Assembly (NCBI GenBank): GCA_951406725.2
Contig: OX597831.1
Location: forward strand, 57,288,001-57,352,000
Reading direction: 5' to 3'
Source: Octopus vulgaris
Taxonomy: Eukaryota
Length of the DNA stretch: 64,000 nt
The position numbers were made by a program, and so were the translations under genes. Position 1 is the stretch's first letter. Each line of letters begins with the position of its first letter. This document shows, piece after piece, positions 1 through 12,665 of the stretch. The notes under the pieces are model-generated. The model searched no databases and had not been told where the DNA came from. It saw only the letters and a program-made list of their open reading frames with translations.

Positions 1-204
1 ATTTACACTTGTGAACAAACTCCTGGATACTTTTTACTCAGTGGTTTCTTGTTAATTTTATGCCTTTCCTGTGCATAATTTTCGATCAAAGGCCCTATTG
101 TTGCTGTTATTATTATTATTGAAGACGTCGCATAGTACCCAATATCGTGTTGTAGATTGAAAATAGTGTGCGTACAGGAGATTGTACTGTCTGTCAAGTT
201 CCAA

Positions 205-484
205 AAGTGAAATATCCAAACCTCTAAGAATTCCTATCAACACACGGCTATAATGCTCCCTCACTACTTCTGCTCGTGGTCAGAGTTGCACATATCGTCA
301 GCCACTAAGGGACATGGTCAGCTGGTTATGGTTAAACAACTTACAAGCAAATCTGTGGTATTGAGCTGAATATTTGCTGTAGCCAATGTTTTATACCAAG
401 ACAAAACAATGTACACGATAACACTTCCAATCAGTTAAGATCAGAAGACATGAGAGCCACTGTCTGGTACTGCATCAGGGCATT
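205..484. mobile_element. Interspersed repeat end abutting an (ATT)n tract; partial second copy at ~30975-31140
   Basis: caacacacggctataatgctccctcactacttctgctcgtggtcagag...cagccactaagggacatg...aatatttgctgta aligns by eye with 30995-31140; family not identified. Confidence 0.6.
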
Positions 485-501
485 TAATATTATTATTATT
501 A

Positions 502-556
<55 letters not shown>

Positions 557-590
557 CATTGTCGTTGTTGTTGTTGTTGTTGTTGTTTGG
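485..590. repeat. (ATT)n/(GTT)n trinucleotide microsatellite
   Basis: Direct reading. Confidence 0.95.
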
Positions 591-985
591 TAAGTAAATA
601 TATTCACAACATTTCGCGTACTTTTGTTATTTTGGTATATCAGACTATAAAAGCAAATGTCATAATGTGTTTCTCAAATAACTCCATTTTAAAACTGTTA
701 ATATCTGTTTTTAAGATAATTTTTCTCCTTACTTTCCCCTAAAATATTTATTCGCTGGTAGTATCATGAGAAGGAATAAATAAGTTTCCCATATAAACAT
801 CATTTTAAAAATTACCCATTTCTTTCTAAAGTAGTATAAAATATATATAAAAATAAGTATATATTATAATGCACTTCTCGAATAACCTCTCTTTTAAAAC
901 TGTTAATAAGTGGTGGTGGTGGTGGTGCCGTTCAGGCTTATTTTAATATTCTCCACAAAAATATTTCCAAATTCGGTGTTACGAA

Positions 986-1174
986 TACTCTTTTACTCTT
1001 TTACTCTTTTACTTGTTTCAGTCATCTGGCTGTGGCCATGCTGGAGCACCGCCTTTAGTCGAGCAAATCGACCCCACGACTTATTCTTTGTAAGCCTAGT
1101 ACTTATTCAGATACACAAACATATACACAAACACAGATACACAAACATATACACACATACATACATACATATAC

Positions 1175-1220
<46 letters not shown>

Positions 1221-1380
1221 GTACGACGGAATTCTTTCAGTTTCCGTCTACTAAATCCACTCAAAAGGCTTTGGTTGGCCCGAAGTTATAGTAAAAGACA
1301 CTTGCCGAAGGTGCCACGCAGTGGGACTGAACCCGGAACCATGTGGTTCGTAAGCAAGCTACTTACCACACAGCCACTTC
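986..1380 (-). mobile_element. tRNA-derived SINE family A with internal (TA/TG)n and (GTAAAAGA)n tail
   Basis: Minus strand starts AGTGGCTGTGTGGT (A-box-like) then GGTTCAGTCCC (B-box-like); more than 10 copies in window. Confidence 0.9.
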
Positions 1381-1441
1381 TACGCCTATAATACTGGAAC
1401 TTTCAAAAATTGTGTAATCTGAATTTTATATATATTAGCGG

Positions 1442-1688
1442 CAGAGATAATATTTATCCCCACTTAACCGTGGATTTTCTATTGGGAAAAACTTTACTGC
1501 GGTAGTTGCCATGAGAAACACTCTCATATTGGCTTTTTAGTGCAAAAATTTATCTCCCTTCTAGCGATGTAAACGAGAATGCATTTTGCACCCAAAAATC
1601 AATATGGAAGTTTCTCTCATGGCAACTACCGCAGTAAATTTGTTCCAATAGAACATCCTCGTTTAAGTGGGGATAAATATTACCTCTG
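1442..1688. mobile_element. Foldback/MITE-like palindrome (~247 bp)
   Basis: cagagataatatttatccccacttaa...tttactgcggtagttgccatgaga is reverse-complemented by tctcatggcaactaccgcagtaaa...ttaagtggggataaatattacctctg. Confidence 0.85.
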
Positions 1689-1814
1689 ACCTTTATGTCG
1701 TTTGAATTCGGACTCTACATGTTCTGTATTTCCGAGTTCGGTTTCCTGACCCGAACCCATATTACAAAAGCAATTTTTAAGTGAAGCCCCCTGCGGCGAA
1801 ATTTCGGAATTTAT

Positions 1815-2048
1815 TAATTGGACTGCGACTATGCTTGGCCGCGGCCTCGAAGAGTTTAGTTGAACAAATCGAATCCAAGACTTAATTATAAAGCCCGAAA
1901 CATTGTCAGTTTCTTTTGTCAAACCCTACGTTACGCACATAAACCAATACGAGCTGTCAAGCGTTAGTGGACAAACACAAACACAAAGACACACACACAC
2001 AAACATACACATACACGCGCACACACACATACACGAATACACTCACAT

Positions 2049-2090
<42 letters not shown>

Positions 2091-2245
2091 CTATATACGA
2101 TGGGTTTCTTTCAGTTTCCGTTCACTAAATCTAATCACAAGGTTTTAGTTAGCCTGAGGCTATAGAAGAAGATACTTGCCCAAGGTGCTGCGCAGTGTGA
2201 CTGAGCCCGGAACCACGTGGTTGGGAAGCAAACTTCTTACTACAC
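1815..2245 (-). mobile_element. SINE family A, diverged copy
   Basis: tttcagtttccg...cacaaggtttt...cttgcccaaggtgc...ccggaaccacgtgg matches family A; internal (CA)n. Confidence 0.75.
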
Positions 2246-2272
2246 GCTCTTAAAATCTCTCTCTCTCTCTCT

Positions 2273-2321
<49 letters not shown>

Positions 2322-2352
2322 CCTCCCTATATATGTATATATACATTAACTA

Positions 2353-3060
2353 GACTGTGGTTGGGAGTTAACAGTTTACTCAAAGCAGCCGCCCTCAGCT
2401 CCTACCACGGCCTCGTGGCCGTTCAGGGACCTAGCACATGCGTTCCTCAATATGTCCTCTGGGAAGATCTTCGAATACCTTCTTGATCTTGGCCACCAGT
2501 TCGGCCTTGGTGTAGCAAGCACAGCGGTTGGTATCTTTCTCAACCGTGCTCCACACATAGTAATCCATGGGACAACAACCAGTGGAACTAGAGGCCACAA
2601 GTTGGTGCTGGTGAAGTTGTAGAAATTTTCCGACAACCACTTCTGTCTCTTTCCAGAGGTAGGGCAAGGAGCCGAATTTGCAGTAGCAACCCTCACCAGC
2701 CAAGGTTTGACCACAATCTCCAGCAGCTTCACATAGACGATTGAATTTAGCCTAATTTAGCCGGTTTGAAGATGAAGGTTGAAATATCAGCGTGCGGATG
2801 CAGTCAGAACGCCTCCTGTGTCCCTTCCTGCTGGCCACGGCTTCGCAATCTCTGTTGCAGCTATCCATATCACGTCTTACAGCGTTTATGGTGTTCACAG
2901 AGCATTAAGTAGTAGAGTCATAATGGCGGCATTTTGATAGCCGGCGGGAATCATGATGATACAGGTAACTCTTTTCCAATATAGCTTCTAGTCCTCTTTG
3001 TCAGCTAACTTTTTTCTGAAATACAACTTTAACATTCATGCTCTCCAACGCCGTTGACTG
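2353..3060 (-). pseudogene. Tc1/mariner (maT/DD37D-like) transposase remnant
   Basis: Frameshifted peptides NLWP... and CCPMDYYVWSTVEKDTNRCACYTKAELVAKIKKVF resemble the WPPxSPDCNPxDYYVW catalytic region. Confidence 0.75.
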
Positions 3061-3142
3061 TTCACCATTTCAACAAGCTCTTCCTGAAAAAAAAAAAATT
3101 ACGAGACTTAAAAATTGTCAAATTTAGCCCGAACTTCCTGTC

Positions 3143-3296
3143 TATACACGTATACATACGTACATACAGTTATACATAAGTACGTGCATACATACATATA
3201 CGTATACACACACACACAAAAACACACATACACATGCACACACGCACACACAAACACACTTACACACACACACACGTATATATATATATTTATACA

Positions 3297-3349
<53 letters not shown>

Positions 3350-3764
3350 TGTATGTGTACTGTATGGCTAGTGTGTGATGTGTGCTTGTGTGTGTGTGTA
3401 AAATGTATAATTGTACATTTGCACAATAACTTAGAAGGTCAGAATACACCTTTCTCATGGCGCTGAGCAGATTCTGATGCATCTCGTAACCAACATTATA
3501 ACCCCCTCACCTAAAGGTTTCTAGCCTCCAGCTTTGAATGCCTAACTGTACTCATCACTATTCTGAAAGGAATAACAGTAACTGGATATGAAATGAATAA
3601 CGGATAATAAGGTCAGTCGCTGTGTGAATGGATTATGACGTCAAGAGTAGTTTAAAGTTACCAACTATTAACCATTATCATTTCAAGTTTTATATATACG
3701 TAAGTATGTATGCATGAACTTATGTATATATGCGTGTATGTACATATATAAATATGTGTATATG

Positions 3765-3797
<33 letters not shown>

Positions 3798-3962
3798 ATG
3801 TGTATATATAAATATATGCATATATATACACACATATATGTAATAATGTGTGTGTATATATGTGTATGTGCGCGTGTGTGTGTGTGTTGTGTGTATGTGT
3901 AATTTTAGCTTATGCTGGGACTTAAGTTTAGTCTTGTATGTATACAAGTGTGTGTATGTCTG

Positions 3963-4040
<78 letters not shown>

Positions 4041-4110
4041 TATGTATGTATTCCCGTACATATATATATCACTTTGTATACATACATTCATATACATGTG
4101 TGTGTGCGCC
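3143..4110. repeat. Two compound (TA)n/(CA)n/(TG)n microsatellite blocks (3143-3400, 3720-4110)
   Basis: Direct reading; source of the YIYI/HTHT ORFs. Confidence 0.9.
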
Positions 4111-5399
4111 ATTATGTGTTTTAATTTATATGATTTCACTTATATATGTGTACATACACGTTTTGTTTATACATATCTTGAAATCTTATACATAATTTTG
4201 CAGTTCATTAAGGACTCTTAATTGTAATTTCCTAATTAGCCGTATCTTCTACGGTTTTGTGAGACTCGAGTCCTTATGGTCAGTGCTGAGACAATTATCT
4301 GCATACTTCAGTCCTCCAATGATCACGTGTACAAATCTAAAAATTCATTTCGAGGTCGGTATCTGGTAGCTTCTTAGTATAGATGTTTACGTTTTTTTTT
4401 TTTAATATTCGGTCCTCTGCCGGGGGAGAGATTGAGCCTGAAACCACGTGCTTGCCAAGCGAGCTTCTTAAGCGCACACCCAATATGTTACACTGTGGTA
4501 GATCACTGTAACTTCATCACACGTGTACCCTCAGTGATCAACTACGGAATACTTTCCGAGCAGTTATTTTCCATTTCTCCTGATGTTTTGCATGTCATGT
4601 ACGCCAACTCAATCCAACGATCTATTTCAACCCTTGGTGGTTTACTGAGACTGTACCATGGATATGATTCAACACTCGAAAGATTTTTCGAATCTATGTT
4701 ATGCTTCTGCCACTTTGTTTTAGGAAAAGAGAGGCAGTATCATTATTAGCCCGAACTTCTCTGACAGTAATAGTTTAACAATGATAGCCTCGATTTCATC
4801 TAACATCAGTTCACTTCGTACAGACACTGGTGTGAGTATTGATTCAGAAAAAAAAAAAACGTTGTAGGTGACTGATTAACTGAGTGAAGAGAGTTGTTTT
4901 TGGCTATAATAAAATATTTCCAAAGGATATATTATACTGAATACCCGCTGGTTTTCTCAACGGATATTGAAAAAATAATTCTAATTTTCTTTTTTTGCTG
5001 AACTTGAATATATATACATATATATTTTATATCATATTATGTGACAGTCGAGTGACTTCTCTAACTATTAAACGGCAGTATAAACATTACGATTAAGCGA
5101 AACGAAGTGGTGTAAGCGTATTCAAATAGCGTAACGTCCTTGCTTTGTTCCAATGCTCTGTTGTGGTACAAAATAGTTAGAATATCTTTATAGAATTTTA
5201 GTCAAGACTATTCAATAAATAGGTATAAATAGCCTTTCTCTAACCCATTAATAAAGATTTTATTATTCTGGCTTGTTTTTACTCGTGTTACTATCTGATA
5301 GGGATATTTATCTTGGAGAAACTCTATCTATATAACCTTTCAGAATTATGTGACCAGGTTAAAGTTTTTCTTCATAACATTAATTTTTCTGTATAAACT

Positions 5400-5700
5400 G
5401 AACATTAAGACACTCAGAAATCTTGAAGAAGCCGTCAAGATGAAGAGAACGAACAGGAATCTGTAAACGAACTACATTTACCATGATATATTGCACAATC
5501 ACACAAAATCTGTGGTAATTGATCTGGCAATCAGCGAACTGAGCTAGTTAGTGGTTCCTCACCCACTGTATAGCCTGGATCTGGCACTCTCAAACTTTCA
5601 TCTGTTTGGCCCAATGAAGAGCAGTTTTCAAGAACAACGTTTAATGGCATAGACGAGGTGAAATTCGTTGATAGAACAGAGCGCACCTAAAAGAGGATTC
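5400..5700 (+). pseudogene. mariner transposase C-terminal remnant
   Basis: 5553-5640 reads VPHPLYSLDLALSNFHLFGPMKSSF, matching the HPPYSPDLAPSDFHLFGPLK motif. Confidence 0.75.
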
Positions 5701-5797
5701 GAAAATTGGATTTAACCTTTGTGTAACGTACATTTTTTAATGATATTAGGACACGATGCTTCACATATCAATTATATCGGTCATCTCAGGTCAGTTT

Positions 5798-6009
5798 ATA
5801 TGTTTGTATATATGTATGCGTGTATGTATGCATGTATGTATGTATATATGTATGTATGTATGTATGTGTGTATGTATGTATGTATGTATGTATGTATGTA
5901 TGTATGTATGTATGTATGTATGTATGTATGTATGTGTGTATGTATGTATATATGTATGTATGCATGAATGAATGTATGTAATATGTATGTATGTATGTGT
6001 GTATGTATG

Positions 6010-6043
<34 letters not shown>

Positions 6044-6052
6044 TGTATGTAT
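5798..6052. repeat. (TATG)n tetranucleotide microsatellite
   Basis: Direct reading. Confidence 0.95.
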
Positions 6053-6089
6053 TAGTACCAAATTCTATAAAAATATAGTTTTCTGTTTT

Positions 6090-7208
6090 TTCTAATAAAT
6101 ATTTTTGCTTTTCCATAAATTAAAATTTTGAAGATAAATTCGAGTATGGACGAAGAGATACTCTATCAACACGCGAAGCATGAACGACATATGTCACTTA
6201 CTAAAAATTTACACCGAATTTTACATTATCTTGGACAGTAAGTGTAAACCAGTGTCAACAATAGTTCCAGAAATTCCGAACCGGAAACTACAGCCTAGAC
6301 AACGAGCCTCATCCTGGAAGATCTGTAGAGCTCGACGCCCTGGTGGAACAAAATCTCATTGTAACTATTAAGGAACTAGCAGAGAAGCTTGGATTTTGTC
6401 ATTCAACAATTCATCGACACCTACGTGCCATCGGAAAAGTCAGCAAATTGGGTCAATGGGTTCCTCTCAAACTTTCTGAGTCTAATCGCGCGCAGAGAGT
6501 GAATGTGTGCACTTCTTTGCTGTCACGTCTCACGAATGAACCTTTTTTGGACCGAATAGTGAAGGATGAGGAAAAATGGGTTCTCTATAAAAATGACAAG
6601 CGTCGAAGTCAGTGAGTAGGGAAAGGAGAAACACCGGCACCCTAGGCTAAAGAAGGTCTTCACCCACGTAAGGTGTTGTTATTTGTTTGGTGGGATATGA
6701 AATGTTTAGTCCACTTTGAACTTCTAAACCCAAACCAAACGATAACAAAGGAGATCTACTGCGTGTAGCTTGAGCGGCTTAAGTTAGCGCGAGAAGAAAA
6801 ACTTTTGATTTTAAGGTGAAAGGTGTTCTTCCGTCAGGATAGTGCTCGGCCACATAAAAGAGAATGACATTCCAAAGGCTGGAGCAGTTTGAATGGGAAA
6901 CGATGCCTCACCCACCATATTCGTCGGACATTGTCTCATCTGATTATCATTTATTCCGCAGTCTTCAAAATCATTTGGATGGAAACAAATATGAATTCTG
7001 TAGACGAGAACAGAACAGTATTGGAAGAGTATTTTTCGTTGCGGACAAGTGAATTTTGGAGAAGAGGCCTTGCAAGTCTACAAGATAGATGGAAGAGCAT
7101 TGTAGAAAATGAAAGAGTGTATATTTTAGATTTAAAAAGAGGACTTTGTTTATTTTAATTTTGAAAAATAAAAGTATAAAAAACCGCATTATTTATGGAT
7201 GACCCACA
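6090..7208 (+). mobile_element. Decayed mariner (D,D34D) element
   Basis: Motifs TIKELAEKLG..HSTIHRHL, GQWVPLKL, IVKDEEKWVLY, HPRKVLLFVWWD, QDSARPH, HPPYSSDIVSSDYHLFRSLQNHL; right TIR-like end aaccgcattatttatggatgaccc; stops and frameshifts present. Confidence 0.9.
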
Positions 7209-7900
7209 AATCTTTATACACTCTTATATATATAAAATATGTTATGTCTTATGACTTTTATTAAGCATGCAAACCACTGGTAATAATTTTAAAAAAAAAT
7301 TACCCTCATAATTTACAGAGTAAAATTCATTTTCCAATTCTGAAGCCATATAGTACACAGTTTAAATTCATTTACTTCTGGGTTATCTGACTACGCTAGC
7401 GCACTAATTTTTTATCCATATTTATATAAAGAGGGACACGTATTTTTCGGTACGTATTAAAGCTACATAATTATGCATTCTTTAGTGATCCCACTGAAGA
7501 ACTACGGATGCCTAATTAATTTATTTTGGTCGTTAATAACGAAACTCGAGTATGGGATTAACTAATTTTTTTATTTCGCTCACTCTAGTGCCATTAACAG
7601 CGGGCCTTAAGAATTATTTTTTCATAGCTTGGGTTTAACTGCCATTTTTAGCATGTCAGAAGTCTTGTTAAGGGTCTTCTCTCTGAGTATAAATCTTTAT
7701 AAGTCTTATATATAAAAATATGTTATGTCATGGCTTTTGTTCAGCACGCGAACCACTGGTAATAAATTAAAAAAAAATTACCCTCATAATTTACACAGTA
7801 AAATTTTCCAATTCTGAGGCCATATAGTACACAGTTTAAATTTATTTACTGCTGGGCTATCTAACTACGCTAGCGGACTAAGTTTTAATCCATAATATAT
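7208..7900 (+). mobile_element. Partial tandem (~483-bp period, ~1.4 units) hammerhead-bearing element (PLE pseudo-LTR or retrozyme-like)
   Basis: 7208-7420 is repeated at 7691-7895; the unique middle part carries a hammerhead motif; followed by (TA)n at 7929. Confidence 0.65.
7482..7565 (+). ncRNA. Type I hammerhead ribozyme motif
   Basis: Stem I ttagtgatccca/tgggatt-a-actaa; CUGAAGA 7494-7500; GAAA 7541-7544; palindromic stem III CUCGAG; GUA cleavage triplet ending 7552; stem II base weak. Confidence 0.7.
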
Positions 7901-7926
7901 AAATCTTTATACACTCTTTATACACT

Positions 7927-7974
<48 letters not shown>

Positions 7975-7979
<5 letters not shown>

Positions 7980-8312
7980 TGGTATCACAAAAGTTCTTGG
8001 ATTAGTTCTGTAGTGCGCCAACAAATACCAGCACACGGTTGCGTACGTAGTGAGAGCTATCAGTGACCTTCACGAGGGAGTGCGCCGAGTGATATCACTG
8101 TGTTTACTTCACAAGTTGTGAAATTTGCGTTTTTGTGACCATGTGTACGCTGTAGTCTGCGTTTGTTTTGCTTTGTTTTTCTTTTGTTTTTTGTCATGGA
8201 CAGGAAGTTGGAACAAAGTACCAACGTGAAATTTTGCGTTAAATTTGGGAAGTCTGCAGCAGAAACATTGAGCATGCTTCGGCGATCTTACAGCAACGAA
8301 GCAATAGGTCTT
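7975..8312 (+). mobile_element. mariner 5' fragment (TIR region plus N-terminal HTH)
   Basis: MDRKLEQSTNVKFCVKFGKSAAETLSMLRRSYSNEAIG resembles the EQRxNIKFCVKLGKSATET mariner N-terminus; begins after (TA)n. Confidence 0.8.
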
Positions 8313-8699
8313 ACGCAAATATGTACATGTATTTATATATATGCGTACTTATATGTGTTGTGTGTGAATGTGTGTGCATATGTGAGCGTGGTGTGGTATG
8401 TGTGTGTGCGTGCGTGTGTATGATGTTTATCATGTGTGGACGTGTCTGCCATTCACAAAACAAACAAGATTACATATCTAAAGATTTGTTCAGTCTTTTA
8501 GTAGACTGCATACGAGCGGATTCAATTAAGTACTTGCTCAAACATACACGGATATAAAATGTATATACGTACGTATGTATATATATGATTGCATATATAC
8601 ATATATTTGTGTGAGTGTATATGCACATGTGTGCGTGTGTGTGTGTCTGCGTGTGCAGTATATATATAATCAATAATTTGAATAGGATTCTTCACCGTG

Positions 8700-9400
8700 C
8701 ATCAACTTTGTGGACTTTGAAAAAAAGCTTTTGACAGCATGGATGGAGAAAGTCTTTGGAAACTACTGCGTCATGAAATTCCAGAATAGAGATACACTTA
8801 TTGAAAAAATGCCCGAGAACCTGGCAGATAAACTAATCCGTACAGAAGAACTGTCAGAGTCTTTTGAAATTAAGACTAGAATTAGGCATGAGTGCCTAAT
8901 GTCAGTATTTTCATTTCTGTCAACGATTTATCAAGTAAAGGTCGATCGTAAGAGGGAGAGATAAAAGAGTTAAAATGGAGGTTGGACATTGACTTGTCAT
9001 CGAGTGTATTTACTTATTCCCAATCCGCTCAATCATTGTACGGTCTAGCTGGTCTTTGCAGAGGACAGGATTTCTGTAATATTTCTATCAACGAACGCAT
9101 AAAAGAACAGATGATAAGAAAAATATAACTGAACTTAGGTCTGAAGGTCTATAAAGGTTAAATGAAAAAGTCTAAGAATATAAGCAACTAAAATTTTTTT
9201 TTAAATATATAACACAGTCATAATCAGTTATATATTATTGGAAGATATCCACATCTTCTGCTTTCGGGAAAGTATCGACAACAAGAGGAATGGAAGATGC
9301 ATAACGAATTTTGGAAAGCATGCCCGACTTTGATGGCTCTGTAGATTTTGTGAAGAAAGATCACAAGTTAAACGAACAAAAACAAACCGTTTAAACTCTT
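8700..9400 (+). pseudogene. Highly decayed RTE-like LINE reverse-transcriptase fragment
   Basis: NFVDFEK/AFDS, LWKLLRHEIPE and SESFEIKTRIRHECLMS resemble FIDFEKAFDS and F.IKTGVRQGCLLSP. Confidence 0.6.
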
Positions 9401-9670
9401 CAAATCAAACATGAAATCTTCTGTGCTTTGTCGTTTATTTCATTATTTTGTTTTTTACAATTAGTTAGAAGGGGAAGGCGGTGCACGTGCTCCTTCTTAG
9501 AGTCTCTGAAACTTGGAAAGGGAGAAGATATCCTCAAACCGAAAATGTGACCTAAAGGTTTGCAACAGAGAGAACCTCATCAAAGATGCCCAAGATGTCA
9601 GGTTGTAGAGTTAAACTAGGCATCTAATAAACTTTTAGACGTTTACATATCAATATCTGAGGTAGATTCA

Positions 9671-10085
9671 AGGCGGCGAGCTTGTAGAAGTGTTATCGCG
9701 CCAGACAAAATGCTTCACGAGCTGGCAGAATCGTTAGCACGCCAGGTGAAATTCTTAGTGGTATTTCGTCTGCCGCTACGTTCTGAGTTCAAATTCCGCC
9801 GAGGTCGACTTAGCCTTTCATCCTTTCGAGGTCGATTAAATAAGTACCAGTTACGCACTGGGGTCGATATAATCGACTTAATCCGTGTGTCTGTCTTTGT
9901 TTGTCCTCTCTGTGTTTAGCCCCTTGTGGGTAGTAAAGAAATAGGTATTTCGTCCGTTTTTACGTTCTGAGATCAAATTCCGCTAAGGTCGACTTTGTCT
10001 TTCATTCATTCGGGGTCGATAAAATAAGTACCAGTTGAGGACTGGGGTCGATGTAATCGACTTACTCATTCCCCCGGAATTGTCA
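9671..10085 (+). mobile_element. SINE family B, tandem dimer
   Basis: ggcggcgagct...gagttcaaattcc (B-box-like)...gcctttcatcctttcgaggtcga...agccccttgtggg; headless second unit from 9944. Confidence 0.85.
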
Positions 10086-10476
10086 GCCTTGTGCAAAAAT
10101 TTGCAACCAATATCTAAAGTAGATTAATCTACTTTTGTTAGGCAACCACAAATGGTGCGCTTTGGAATAAAACACAACAGTTATCAATAGTAGTAGAACT
10201 GAAGAAGAGAAAATACAGAATATTAGACAAATACTTAGAAGAAAAATCCTTAGATTACGAAATCGGTAGGAAAACTAAGAACTATAGAGAAACGAAATTT
10301 GAAGTTAGAAATGAACAAAGATGAGAAGTACAAGCTGATAAAAGCTTTTGCTCAGGATTAAAAACTGTGTGTTAGCGGATATGTTGAAGTTTTATGCTTC
10401 ACAGGAATTTGAACTGCAAAGATATATGTTTGTATGTACGAGTGTCTGTGTATGTGAGTGTGTGCATGCGTTCGTG

Positions 10477-10510
<34 letters not shown>

Positions 10511-10512
<2 letters not shown>

Positions 10513-10755
10513 AAGACTAGAGATTCGGTTACAAGACTTTTTATTATGATATCATGAACTATCTAACATTTGTACGTGTTTCACTAGCGTAGTCCTCTAT
10601 GCTATGATGTAATTGTTATATTGACAGTTGGACAATCACTGTCTTTGTAAAAATTACCGTATGGCATTCTACAATATGGTAGCGCAACACGTATAAAGAT
10701 TGTGTTGTTTATGATGTCATAATAAAAAAATTTGTAACCGAATCTTCAGACTTAT
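10511..10755. mobile_element. MITE-like element with ~39-49-bp terminal inverted repeats
   Basis: agattcggttacaagactttttattatgatatcatgaac (10521) versus reverse complement of 10707-10745, agattcggttacaaatttttttattatgacatcataaac. Confidence 0.7.
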
Positions 10756-10928
10756 TTTGAGCTCGGGTATACGCGCTGTAATCTGTTCAAATAAATACAA
10801 TATCAAACGAAATCGGAGAACAAATTATGGTTGATATCTGATTCTGACTGAAAGTTTGGACGTACATGGATTTACATGAAATTCTAAGCAAACAAAGATT
10901 AACTGCTATGCTATTATGAAATAGGAAC

Positions 10929-10968
<40 letters not shown>

Positions 10969-10999
10969 ATAATAATATATGTATGTATATAAATGTCTG

Positions 11000-11031
<32 letters not shown>

Positions 11032-11034
<3 letters not shown>

Positions 11035-11983
11035 GGTGTTCAAAAAGTTTCTCGGCAGTAAGTATTTTACTGCAAAATAAATATTTATAAGACGGTGTAA
11101 GACTACAAATGTGCTGTAGCTCCATCTTGCTGAAAGTATGCATTATTAATTTCACTTTCAGTGAGTTGGCCTACAAAATGGACAGACAATATTTGAGCAA
11201 TATATCTCGGTGTTGATGGTGTCTTCAAAAATATCGGTCCCACAATAAGCTTTCTCGAAATTACTTTCCATACTCCAACTTTTTTGGGATGCAGAGGTTG
11301 CTCATGCGTTGCGTGTGGATTCTCAATGCTCCATAACCTTGTGTTTTGTGAATTTATGTATCCCGACAGATGAAACCAAGCCTCATCGATGTAAAAACAC
11401 CCATACAGCACTTCTATGCCATTTTTGGCAACAAAGTTTTGGAACCAATGACAATAATGAAGCCTTTTAGCATGATCCATAGTCTTCAATTCTTGAATGG
11501 CCAGCACTTTTTATGGAAAGAAATATAATTTCTCTTTTACTACCGTGTGAGCACTTCCTAGGCTGATTTCTGTTTACTGTGACATTTTACGTAAGGACTT
11601 TGACGGGCTTGCCTACAGTTTATCAGAAATTTTGGGGAGTGTTTCGTCCGAAAGAACAGTAGGTCTACTGCTTCTTGCTGCGTCTTATACTGAGCCTGTG
11701 TATTTTCTTATCAAATCCCGCAAAGTGTCACGATGTGGAACAACAGTATTTGGAAAAGTTTCACTGAACTTCTACTTCACAGTATCTGTGTATTTGTTTC
11801 CAGCTCGAAACACCCATTCAACTAAAAACGTACGTTCTTCAATGGTTAGCATGTCGACACACTGAAGGGTACACAATGACTGAGGGACAGTGGCTGACGC
11901 CCGGCCGCCCACGCAGTGATAGTCAAGTGGCGCATGCGCACGATGAAAAACATTCACTGTGGAGAAACTTTTTGAACAGCCTG
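11032..11983 (-). mobile_element. rosa/DD41D-like Tc1-mariner element, internally deleted, both TIRs present
   Basis: 28-bp TIRs cacggtgttcaaaaagtttctcggcagt / caggctgttcaaaaagtttctccacagt, TA at right end; peptides MLTIEERTFLVEWVF, DEAWFHLSGYINSQNTRLWSIENPH, YFQQDGATAH; third catalytic D region missing. Confidence 0.88.
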
Positions 11984-12000
11984 TATATATATATATATCC

Positions 12001-12036
12001 CTTTCTGTAGAAGGGCGTAGGCTCGAAACGTAAAAG
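12001..12036 (+). ncRNA. Degenerate minimal hammerhead motif in a 130-bp insert between (TA)n tracts (11998-12128)
   Basis: cttt-CUGUAGA-a-gggc(gtag)gctc-GAAA-CG-UA-aaag; A6 replaced by U. Confidence 0.5.
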
Positions 12037-12124
12037 ACTTTTTCTATTCCTGAGCGTTATACTAATACATCTGTTTGTTTTGTACACCACCTGTCTTTGT
12101 CTTTTGTTTTTTTTCGTAAACTCT

Positions 12125-12155
<31 letters not shown>

Positions 12156-12303
12156 AGAAAAAAGATAGTTATATATATTTTTAAGTGTATCTCTATAGAA
12201 CTTTCATTAATTTTAGAGACAGCACCGAAAGTTACATTTCATATTCGAATACGTTTATGTCAATGCTGTGTCCTACTTGGTGTTACCAGTGCGTTGTTTT
12301 CAG

Positions 12304-12341
<38 letters not shown>

Positions 12342-12349
12342 TAGGGTAT

Positions 12350-12665
12350 GAAGGTTCATGGCTCAGTGGTTAGAGCATCGGGCTCACAATCACGAGTTAG
12401 TGAGTTCGATTCGCAGACCGGGCTGTGTGTTGTGTTCCTGAGCAAGATACTTATTTCTCATTGCTCCATTTCAGTCAGCTATAGAAATGAGTTGCGATGT
12501 CACCAGTGGCAAACTGTATCACCCTTTGCTTTTCCATTGGATAACAACGGTGATGGAGAAGAGAGACTGGTATGCATGGGCAACTGTCGGTCTTCCATAA
12601 ACAACATTGCTCAAACTTATGCCCTGGAGAGAACTTTATAGGTGCAATCCTATGGTCATTCATAT
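12350..12665 (+). mobile_element. tRNA-derived SINE family C
   Basis: tggctcagtggttagagc (A box), gagttcgattcg (B box), then gtgttcctgagcaagatactt. Confidence 0.75.

Noticed and set aside
3108-4221. Long YIYI/HTHT/CVCV ORFs here and at 5719-6116, 18404-19071, 35513-35980 and 60340-62061
   Set aside because: Translations of stop-free dinucleotide and tetranucleotide microsatellites, not genes
4200-4285. gagactcgagtc resembling hammerhead GAAA-CUCGAG-UC
   Set aside because: No CUGANGA-like core with a complementary stem I; at best a heavily decayed relic
12350-12425. tRNA-like A/B-box sequences here and at other SINE heads as tRNA genes
   Set aside because: No complete cloverleaf, and each continues into a multi-copy SINE body
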